A stretch of 64,000 nt of DNA from Isurus oxyrinchus (lineage: Eukaryota): positions 248,001 through 312,000 of the forward strand of contig JANJGN010000121.1 of assembly GCA_026770705.1 (NCBI GenBank), read 5' to 3'. The notes beneath the pieces were generated by a model. The model saw only the letters and a program-made list of their open reading frames with translations. It had not been told where the DNA came from and ran no database searches. The position numbers were made by a program, and so were the translations under genes. Positions 22,901-34,900 of this stretch are shown in pieces (the stretch's first letter is position 1; every line of letters begins with the position of its first letter).

Positions 22901-25900
22901 ATTTATATCTAATATTTATTCATTTAATCTGTGTAACATTTGTATTTAATTTTTCTCAATGTAATCTATGTAAAATTTATATATAATATTTATCCATTTA
23001 ATCTATGTAACATTTATATATAATATTTATCAATTTAATCTATGTAACATTTATATATAATATTTATCAATGTAATCTATGTAACATTTATATATAATAT
23101 TTATCCATTTAATCTATGTAACATTTATATATAATATTTATCCATTTAATCTATGTAACATTTATATATAATATTTATCCATTTAATCTATGTAACATTT
23201 ATATATAATGTTTCTCAATGCAATCGATGTAACATTTATATATATTTATCAATATAATCCATGTAACATTTATATATAATATTTATCAATATAATCCATG
23301 TAACATTTATATATAATATTTATCAATGTAATCTATGTAACATTTATATATAATTTTTCTTGATGTAATCTATGTAACATTTATATATAATATTTATCAA
23401 TGTAATCTATGTAACATTTATATATAATGTTTCTCGATGTAATCTATGTAATGTTTATATATAATATTTAGTCGTTTGGGGGGAGAACCTGAGTATTGCT
23501 GAGAAAGGACATTTTGTCAAAGCTTTCTGTCTTGCACCCAATGAAGCAGCTTATCTGGGGGAGAGGGTTCCAGATTTCCACTCCCCTTTGTGTGAAGAAG
23601 TGCTTCCTGACATCACCCCCTGAACGGCCTGGCTCCAATTTGACCAAGTGTTGCCATTGTCACATGAGGTCAGGAGATTCAAAGCTTGGTCAAATGGGTA
23701 AGTTGTACACAGCATCTTAGAGGAGGTAGAGAGAGAGGTGGAGAGGTTGAGGGAGGGAATTCTCGAGTTTAGGGATCAAACCAGCTGAGTGGAGATCGAT
23801 CCTGAGCGAGTCTCTCACCTTTGACCCACAGATACATCTTGAACATGGCTTCCCCATGTGGGTTTTGAACCGAGCAGGATGCCATCACTCCCCCCTCATC
23901 CTGGGGTCTCATCAGGGTGAGGGAACCAGTCACCAGATGCCCATCTCTGACCTGCCATGACACAAAACCTCCGTGTGTTTGGTTACCACTGATGTTGGCA
24001 CTGGGCAGGTGCCAGGTGAGGTCTCCGGGTGGGTTGGAGTTGGCCACACAGATGCAGGTGACCCCCTCTGATCTCCGAGTGCACTCCGACTGCTGGGAAA
24101 TCTCCGGCTTATCTGAGGAGGGAAGGACAACAATGAGACAACGTCATAGCAAAGTTAGAGCGTAAGATAGAATCTTCACACTGAAACACTCATTCCTGCC
24201 TTTGTTACCTCCGCACTCAACTATCCCAACACTCTCCTGCCCGACCTCCCATCTTCCACTCTCCGTCAACATCAGCTCATCCCAAACTCTGCTGTCCCCA
24301 TGTCCTAACTCACACCGAGTCCCGTTCACACATCACTCCCTGTTGGTCACTGAGCTACACTGGCTCCCGGTCCGACAATGCCACAATTTTAAAATTTACA
24401 TCGTTTCAAATCCCTCCTTACCCCCTCCCTATCTCTGTTACCTCCTCCAGCCCCTACAACCCTCCCTATCTCTGTTACCTCCTCCAGACCCTTCAACCCT
24501 CCCTATCTCTGTAACCTCCTCCAGCCCCTTCAACCCTCCCTATCTCTGTAACCTCCTCCAGCCCCTACAACCCTCCCTATCTCTGTAACCTCCTCCAGCC
24601 CCTACAACCTTCCTTATCTCTGTAAACTCCTCCAGCCCCTACAACCGTCCCTATCTCTGTAACCTCCTCCAGCCTCTACAACCCTCCGAGATCTCTGTGC
24701 ACCTCCAATTCCAGCCTCTTGACCTTCCCCCGATTCCTATCGCTCCACCATTGGCAGCCGTGCCTTCAGGTGCCTGGATCCTAACTTCTGGAATTCCCTC
24801 CCTCATTTCTCACCTCCTTCGGACAAAATCTGACCACCATCAAAAGCATCTTCCCTTCACCCCCACCCCGTTGGCATTCCAGGGATCATTCCCTCCAGGA
24901 CACCCTGGTCCACTCCTCCATCACCCCTAGCACCTCAACCCTCTCCGATGACATCTTCCCATGCATTTGCAGAAGGTGTAACACCTGCCCCTTTACTTCC
25001 TCCCCCCTCACTGTCCAATGAGCCAAACACTCCTTCCAGGTGAAGCAGCGCTTCATGCAGACTTCCTTCAATTTAATCTACTGCATTCACTGCTCCCAGT
25101 GTGGTCTCCTCTACATTGGAGACACCAAACGCAGACTGGGTGACCACTTTTCAGAATACCTTCGGTCTGTCTGCAAGCATGACCCAGACCTCCCTGTCGC
25201 TTGCCATTTTAACACCCTACCCTGCTCTCATGCCCACATGTCCGTCCTTGGCTTGCTGCATTGTTCCAGTGAAGCCCAACGCAAACTGGAGGAACAGCAC
25301 CTCATCTTCCGACCAGGCACTTTACAGCCTTCCGGTCTGAATATTGAGTTCAACAATTTCTGGTCATGAACTCTCTCCTCGATCTTCACTGCTTTTTGAT
25401 CCCTTTTTTATGTATTCATTTTAATTGTTTTATTTGTTAACTGTTTTCCACTTATTTTTATTATTATTATTTGAAATTCATTTCCATTTTTATTGATTGT
25501 TTTATCCACAGATTTTAGTCTATTTTCGATCTTTATTCCCTCCACCGTCCCCTCCCCCTGCCACACCCCCACGAGGGCCATCTGTCTCTTTCCAGAGTGC
25601 TTACCCTGGTCCGCCCATTATCACACTCTGCTTAATGTCACCATTAGCACCTCCTTTATCCAGTACCACCACTGTTAACAACCCTTTGACCTTGTGTTTA
25701 TGACATCTTCCACAATCTCTCCATTGCCTCCACCTATCGCTGGTTTTCTATCCAGCTCCACCTGTCCCATCGCCCCTCCTTAGACAGGATATATTTCACC
25801 ACATGTCTACTTCCCTTTAGCTCTGAAGAGGAGTCATACGGACTCGAAACGCTAACCCTGTCTTTCTCTCCACAGATGCTGCCAGATGGTCAGAATCAGC

Positions 25901-28900
25901 TGGATGGACAGAAAGACCAATGAGTGGCTTAGATCAAGAGGAGATGTTCAGCAATTAAAAGGGTTGTTCAGGACAGTTAGAGAGAGAAAGTTCATCAAGT
26001 ACGGAGATTGGAAACGAAGACCTGACAGCCTTGTCCTCACAACCATTGAAGGAGAAACTGAGACCAAAAACAGAAAGGGAGAGGAAAAATTGGATGTGTG
26101 GATAACGTGGACTGAGCGAGGATTGAAGAAAACTGGATTAAAAACAACACGATCCCAATGGCTCCACGGAGACCACGGAGACAACAAACAAACAAATGTA
26201 TCTCCACACTCACATTCCACAGTGATGGTTATGAACCCCTCCACTGCTCCATGTTCATTCTCTGCCACACACTGATAGTCACAACCTGGGCCCCCTCTGC
26301 CCTATCAGGTTGGGATAAACAATCCCAAGGGTCAATACAAGGAAGAGCTCTCCCTGGTCAATATCACTCATTAGAAAAGGACCAGTTTTGTCTTCAACCC
26401 AGTGAAGTTTGTGGAATCTTGCTCTGCACATTGTATCCTAATACCGCTAATAGAAATGAAGGATGTCCATACTTACATTGTACAGTCAGTACGAGGGTCC
26501 GCTCCGATGAAACAGATGGATATCTCACTCTGCAGCTGAGAGTGTGTCCGTGGTGTTTGAGTGATGGGATCAGGGTCAGAACAGAAGTATAGGTCAGAGT
26601 GACACCATGCTGAGTTACAGTGTTTGAGACTGATCCAGGTACGTCAGTGGGAGTGTCCCAGGTTAAGACAGGTGCTGCTGTTCCATTGCACGTTGTGTTG
26701 AAGGTGCAGCTTACATCCACACGCTTTCCTGCAATAATTTCAGCAGGGAATATCGTGGGTTTATTTGTGAAATCTAACAGACAGAGAATGGATCCTTTTA
26801 GAGAAATATAACGTGAAGCATCAGTTCAAATAGAAACCACAGTCCCACAAGAGAAAGCACTTTTACAAGGATGATATCAGAACTGAGAGGTTACAATGAT
26901 CAGGAGAGAATTTCCTATTTTCCGACTTAGTGGAGTTTCTGTCACTCAGATGAATTCACTTCCACTTTGAGACAATTGAATTGACAATCCCAGGTGAGGG
27001 TGGGGGAGCAGCTCACAGTTCCTGACACACTGGCTTGTTACTTTCTCCGAAATCTGCCAGATTTAAATTCTATCCTGTTCCCAGCAGGAGAGAATCCATT
27101 TGAACCAATCACTGAACCGGCATCTAAAGCAGGTGATCAGGTTATTGATCACATCACCTTTTCTGGGAGATTCCTGTGAACAAATTGGCTATTGTGTTTC
27201 CCAGATTACAACAAGGGTTTCATTTCAAGAATTATTTCATTGGTTGTGAATCCAATTGCGATGTACAGAGGTGTTGAAAGGCGCTATAGAAATGCGAATC
27301 TATCTTTTGTCGAAATGTAAGACTGTCATACAGGGTTAGGGAGATCGATGGGAGTGGATAACCTGATAACATTGATGTACACGGTCAATACATTTAATCA
27401 TTGATATTAAAGTGAGTATTAGATGTTGCTTTCAGATTGAACTGGAAGCTATCACCAGGATATTGAGAATCAGACAGTATGTTATAATAAGCTGTGTTTT
27501 GTGTTAATATGTAAACGTCACAGTTTGTGTTATTTCCCATTGAGTGTTGGATGTGAATTGTTGAGTAATTATAACACAGCACTTATCAGAAACGTGAAGC
27601 TGGGTTACAGGGTAATAGTTATGGCTCGGACCATTGTCAAATTCTATTCTGAAAAAATAAGGTCCTGCATCTTCCCGTCTGATGTTGTTTATAATCAGGG
27701 AACAGTCGCCATCTTTCAGGTCTCCAGACAGCCGGGTCCGATGGTGGAACCGTGGTAACTCGTGACTGTGATCCTTGGAGTGAAAGGCTATAGACCATTT
27801 AGACCATTTGTTCTGTATGTACCTCCTCATATACCAGATTCCGACATGTGTTTTCTTTACCAAATGTGATGGGTAACTGTAATGACATGGATCTGTACAC
27901 ACGAACCTTCCTGCGCTGTCACCTCTCATGGAGTGTCACCTTTCCACTCTTGTGACAGTCCAACTGGGGAGAGAAATCTCAATATTTAACTCTGGATGGT
28001 TTGTGGATCCACTGAACCCGATATTTACAGATGAGGCTGAATTGGGGGGATGGTCAATACTGAGGAGAATGGCAACAAATTATTTTGGCAGGAAGAATAG
28101 AAAAACAGGATATTATTTAAATGGAGACAGGCTGCAGAATGCAGTACAGAGGGATCTGGGTGTCCTTGTACATGAATCACAGAAAGTCAGCATTCAGGAA
28201 CACCACGGAATGAGGAAGGCAAGTGGAATGTTGGCCTTTATTGCAAAGGGATGGAGTATAAAAGGAGGGAAGTCTTGCAACAGCTGCACAGGGTGAGATT
28301 GTATCAGGAGCAGTGTGTACAGTTCTGGTCTCCTTACTTAGGGAGGGATAGACTTGCATTGGAGGCAGTTCAGAGAAGCTTCACTGGGCTGATTCCTGGG
28401 ATTAAAGGGTTTGTCCTGTGAGGAAATGTTGAGCAGGTTGGGCCTGTATCCATTGGAGTTTAGAAGAATGAGGGGTGACCTTATTGAAACATATCCGATT
28501 CCGAGGGGGCTTGACAGGGTGGATGCTGGGAGGATGTTTCCCCCTCGTGGGGGAATCTAGAACCAGGGAGCACAGTTTCGGAATGAGGGCTCTCCCATTT
28601 AAGACTGAGATGAGGAGGAATTTCCTCTCTCAGAGGGGCGCTAGCCTGTGGAATTCTCTTCCCCAGAGAGCAGTGGAGTCTGGGCCATTGAATAGACTCA
28701 AGGCTGAGTGAGGCAGGTTTTTGATCGACAAGGGAGTCAAGGGTTTGGGGGACAGGCAGGAAAATGGAGTTAAGGCCACAACCAGATCAGTGAGAGCAGG
28801 CTCGAGGGGCCGAATGGCCTGCTCCTGTCCCTATTTCTTATGTTCCTACATTCTTACCTTCTTAAAATATTAAAGCTGCAGAATAAACATGCAAGTGACT

Positions 28901-31900
28901 GACCCGCTCGACCCACCTTCCATCTGGGGGGCCCATGGGGAGGACCCTTCCTGAGCCAGATCCACCAGCCAACATGGTCTGGATCCGAGAACAGGAGACA
29001 CGGGGGGGAGTGACTAACAGGCTCCTTGTGACAGGCCCCGTCTGTCCAATGGCTGGCTTTCAGCTGCCAAGGCCAGAGTGGTCCTTGCTAAAACCAGCTC
29101 AGGACAGGTCAGGACCCCTGTGCAGACCCCCTCCAGCGCTGCAGCCTCTGTACAAACCCCTCATGCGCTTATGGAGAGACACAAACAAGGCTGCACATTA
29201 CCAAGGAGAATCCCCTCTACGGACTAAGGGGCTGACTCATCACCCTAAACTCAGCAAATGAGGAGGCTCTCGCTCGGTATCGGGGCTTGGCATTCGCTCA
29301 ATAAAAATAATCAAATTACATTTTGGTCAGAAATCTAAGGAGGTTGTACATTCCCTCAAAAATAAGATTCGAGCTGGGGTCGCGGGTCAAAGGGCAACAA
29401 CTTATATTTACACAACAACTTTAACATGACAAATCATCCCAAGGTGCTACACAGGAGCGTCATAAAACAAAGTATGTCACCCAGACACATGTGGAGATAT
29501 TAGCGACAGCTGGCCAGAAGAGGTCGGTGTTATGGAGAATCTTCAAAGAGGGATGAAATGGATAGTGAGAGAGAGAGAGATAGAGATATAGAGAGAGAGA
29601 GACAGAGAGAGTGAGAGAGAGGGATGGAGAGGGGCTGAGGGAGGGTATTACAGAGCTCGGGCCCCAGGCAGCTGAAGGCACGGCCGCCGATGTTGTAGTG
29701 ATGGGACCGGGGGATGGTCAAGAGGCTGGAATTGGATGAGCACAGAGACCTCAGTGGGTTGGAGGGGCTGGAGGAGGTTACAGAGAGAAGGAAGGTTGTA
29801 GTGACTGGGGCAGGTTACAGGGGCAGGGAAAGTTGTCGGGACTGGAGCAGGCTACAGTGATAGGGAAGCTTTTAGGGGCAGGAGGAAGTTACAGAAATAG
29901 GGAGGGTTGTAGTGGCTGGAGGAGGTTGCAGAGATTGGTAGGTTTGTTGGGCAGGATCAATTTGCAGATATAGGGAAGCGTTAGATACTTCAAGAGGTTA
30001 CAGAGAATGGGATGGTTGTAGGTACTGGAGGAGGACGAGGAGATTACAGGGATAGTGAGGAAACAAAGATGAAAATTTGGACATTGAGACTTTGCTTGAC
30101 CAGGAGCCAGTCTTGGTCATCGAGCAGAGCAGGTGATAAGGGAATGGGACTTGGTGTGAGTAAGGACGTGGTCAGCAGTTTTGGATGGCCTCAAGTTTAT
30201 GCAGTGCAGAGCGTGTTGTGGAACAGTCGAGTCTGGAGGTAATGAAGGCGTGGATGACGGTTTCAGCAGCAGATGAGCTGAGACAGGGTGATGTCGTGCG
30301 ATGTTACGCAGGTGGAAATAGACGGTGTTAGTGAGGGCGCAGATATGAGGCCGGAAGCTCATCTCAGGATCAAATGGGACAACAAAGCTGTGAACAGATT
30401 GGCTTCAATCTCAGAGAGCTGCCAGGGAGAGGAATGGAGTTGGTAGCGAGGGAACAGAGTTTGGAGCGGGGAATGAAGGCAATGGCTTCAGTCTTTCCAA
30501 TATTTAATTGGAGGGAATTTCTGCCCATCCAGTACTGGATGTCGGATAAGCAGCCTGATAATTTAGCAGCAGTGGAGGAGTCGAGAGAGGTGGTGGTGAG
30601 GTAGAGCTGGGGATCCTCAGTGGACAGGTGAAAACTAACACTGTTCAGATGATGCTGCAAAGCCATTGCAAGTGATTCTCTGGCTACGATGAGATGGATA
30701 AGAATGGAGCCAGGGGAGAGCAGACCCACCCAGCTGGACGACAGTGGAGAGGTGTTGGAGGAGGATGGTGTGGTCGAGCGTGTCAAAGGCTGCAGACAGA
30801 TCGAGAAGGACGAGGAGGGAAAGTTGACCTTTGTCACAGTCACACAGGATGCCATTTGTGACCTTGATAAGAGCTGTTTCAGCACAGTGGCTGGGGTGGG
30901 AACCTGATTGGAGGGATTCAAACATGGAGTTCCGGGAAAGATGGGAACGGATTCGGGAGATGGAAACACGTTCAAGGACTTTGGAGGTGAAAGAGAGGCT
31001 GGAGATGGGACGGGAGATTACGCAGACGAGCAGAAATAGACAAATCATTGCAAATAGTGACACTGGTTAACACGGCCAAAAAACAAGCAAATCAAACATT
31101 ATTATTTCCCATTGAGTGTTGAATGTGAATTGGTGAGTAATTATAACACAGCACTTACCAGAAACCTGAAGCTGGGTTACAGGGGAAACGTTATGGCTCG
31201 GACGATTGCCAAATTTTATCATGAAAAAATAAGATCCTGCATCTTCCCGTCTGATGTTGTTTATAATCAGGGAACAGTCGCCATCTTTCAGGTCTCCAGA
31301 CAGCCGGGTCCGATGGCGGAACCGTGGCAACTCGCGACTGTGACCCTTGGAGTGAAAGGCTATAGACGATTTAGACCATTTGTTCCGTATGTATCTTCTC
31401 ATTTTCCAGATTCCGACCTGTGTTTTCTTTATCAAATCTGATGGATAACTGTAATGACATGGAATCTGTACACACGAACCTTCCTGCGCTGTCACCTCTC
31501 GTGGAGTGTCACCTTTCCACTCTTGTGACAATCCAACTGGGGAGAGAAATATCAATATTTAACTCTGGATGTTTTGTAGATCCACTACACTCGATATCCA
31601 CCCCCTCCATCACTCGGGCACAGTGGCTGCAGTGTGGACCATCTACAGGACACACAATGAACTCCACAAGGTATCACCCCAGATGGAAGAGAATCCTGGA
31701 CACAAAAGCGGAAAAGTTCATTCTACATTGGTTCATGGTCCTCAGGACCCTGTTTCTGCAGAAGCCTGTTCTCCAACAGAACTGAAGTTGGGGACAATGC
31801 ATTTGGAATTCCACTGTCCGGGGCATTGGGTTAACTTGCTGATTTTGTTTTAAATCTAACATCTATTTTTGGTCTGTTGCCTTAAAGGGAGTGTAACTGG

Positions 31901-34900
31901 GAGTCAGGTTAATTAGGAATTTTAGGAGTTATGATAGCAGTCATTGTAGTTATGTATGTGCTTGAAATCCTTTATTTTGATGACAAATATGTTAATTTAT
32001 TGTTTTAAATCTCTAAAGGTATTGGTGGAGTTATTGCTTCTGAATTAAGTGCACACATCTCGTAATAAATACAAATTGCAAAATCATTATGATAGTGTGA
32101 CCAGGATTCTCTCAGGGACTTGGTCTGCCTGGCACACATCACCTGCCATGTGATAACACTGTTGTAATATGCCTTTCAGGGACAGCAGCATGACATCACT
32201 CGAGGGGAAGTGTGTCATGTGATTTTTAGGAACTGGTGTTCGCTAAAGTAAGTTCTCTGTGTATTTGTGTGCGTTAGGCAAAAGGTCTATCTTTAAGTTC
32301 AAGTTTAGTTTGTATTTCTGTATTTGGGTGTTGAGAAAAGGGGGAACTTGAGTTTAAAAGAAGCCAGCATTCCATTGAGGTTTAATGACTGTTGAAGGGA
32401 AGTCAAAACAAATACAAGGTGTAAGAAACTGTGCTGTTGCCTAGCAACAGTGATCCAGAGGGAAGGACCCACAGAGACAGAGAAAAACAGAAAAGTACTT
32501 TCAGTTCTGTTGAAAGGAGTTGCCAGGAGACGCAGCAAAGGAGCGGGACAGATAGTCAGTCCCAAAGTAAAGAAGAAGCCAAAACTATCGAGTGGAACAG
32601 GAGAAAGGGCCCAAGAAAACCTTCTAGTCAAATCTGGAAAAGGCCCTGTTAAGTGAAGTTAAGAGTGAGGAGCAGAAGAAGGCTTCAAGCATAAAGGGAG
32701 AAAGCAGCAGGACACAGGCCTAAAGCAAAATAGGCTTGTGAGAAGCCAGAAGATCCTAGGAGACACCACAAGTTGGTGACTCATTACTACGGCCATGTGA
32801 AGCCATGGTGTTCCATTGACACGGCTGAGCATTGGAGAGACAGGGCGTGGAAGGAAGGCTGAATGCACGTGGCGATCCAGGGGGCAGGAACATGGGAAGG
32901 AGAGTTTGAAATAGTGAAAGTGGACCCTTGTGGAAGGTGTCTGAGTGAAAGTGTCATGTTGGAGGAGATTCCAAAGTGAGTTCTTGGAGAGTGGAGATTG
33001 GAAACTCTCATATGAAAGAAGCTTTTCAGTGAGACTGGTTGGCTCACAGTGTAACAAGCGTCTGGGGACAGATGAGACATAGAATTTGTTTCAAGTGGGC
33101 TCTGCCACTTGCTTTCAGAATGTTGTGTCCCTGACCACAGGTCGTCTATTGGTTTACACGGACTGTGTACTTAGTGTGAACATGAGAATATAAGATAGTT
33201 ATCGTAATTTGTGTTCTACTTATGTATCTGTAAAGGTATAGGTCTGGGTGAAGGAGTAATGTCATATAGTTTGTCATTCCTAGTTTAATAAATGTTTTAT
33301 TCTTTTGTTAGACGTTCATCAGATGACTCCTGTGACTCTGTTCAGTAGCCGCACTCCACATTCCTAAATAAAAAATAAAAGTTAGGACCTATCAAGCTGA
33401 GCTCCACCCTGGGATCTGACTTGCCCAGTAGTAACATCAGCTGGGATGGTAACACCATCCAGTCCAAGTTTCACTTTGGCCTGTGAGCAGAACACAGCTC
33501 ACACAGTTTGGCCGCACGTGTCTCCCAGCTTTCTATCCTTGTATATCTGTTCTCATGTCCCTGTTCTAAATAACTGAACCCACAATGTATTTACCCAATG
33601 CCGTATCAGTGGCTGGTGCCTTTATATCATTATAAAAACATAACATGGTGATCAGTGGTGGCCAAACATTCTGGCAGCAAGATTCAGTACAAGTATGACG
33701 TGGTGAACAGCCTGAGATCGAGCTACATGACATGAGACGACCCTCGACGCTTTGGTCCGACCACAACAGAGACACAGCATCAGAGAGGGTTGAAATCGCA
33801 GTGTACTGACTGCTCAGGAAACCTTTGAAGACACAGTGACGGGAAAGAGCTCAAGTAAAGAGCTGGGGAGCAGACGGATCCCTCGTGGTGAGATTACAGC
33901 ACACGGCCTGTAGGTCAGTGAGTGGGACAGTGTGTATCGCCAGGACCAGCAGCGGGTTAGCTCAGTCAGGGAAGGCGAGTGACCAGGGTGTGGGCTGGAT
34001 CGATAGTGAGCGAGGGAGAGTCAAACACACAAAAACCATTATAAAAATCAGCCCAGAGAAGTTAGTGATTATAACGGGCGGCTTCGAGATTGCTGAACAG
34101 CAAATTGAATAAAAAACAAAGACTCCATTACTCCGTGGTGTGTTCCTGCCACAACCCGTCTTCGTGGGCGGAGCTTCGGAAAAGCGCACGAAAGGGGCTA
34201 AAGCGACACTCATCCCAGGTCCTGTAGGAGAAGGAAGGTCAAAGGAATATTGTCAGAATGTCCACGAAATTCCCCAGTTTGAACTGGGATGTAGCTGACC
34301 GACTATCTGATTTCAGAATGTTTAAACAGCGTACAGAGCTCTGGTTTCCTGATTCAGGTGTGACTGAACCAGACGAGCAAGCCATAAAAATTCACCTCGC
34401 GATTGGGAATGAAGGTCTACACAGGCTGAACACATCAGGATTAACAGCAGAAGAGTGAAAAGATCCCCAATAGATACGGACGATATTGGAAGACAGGTTC
34501 AGAATCAGGTGAAACTCCATATTCATCAACTAGAGTTTATGTCATTTCATCAGCCTACACAATCCATAGACCACTTCATCAGCCGATGTAGAGAAAAGGG
34601 TACGCACTGTGATTTCAAACACAGAGCCTGCAGACAGAGTTGTTGAGTTGGTGATTACATCCACTCCCATGGAAGCCTTCCAGAAAGATCTGCTAGATAA
34701 GACCAAAACCTATAGCATTGAAGAGCTACTCAAGGATGGACATAAATACGAAGTGATCCTCGCAGGTCAACGAAGCTTACAGGTCCTCAGTACAACATCA
34801 ATTGTTGACACACTCACTAGAACATCCAAACCTAGTGAGACGTGTGGAAGGTGTGGCCTTCTGCAGGCACCAAGGAAATGCCCAGCTTTCCACCAATCCT

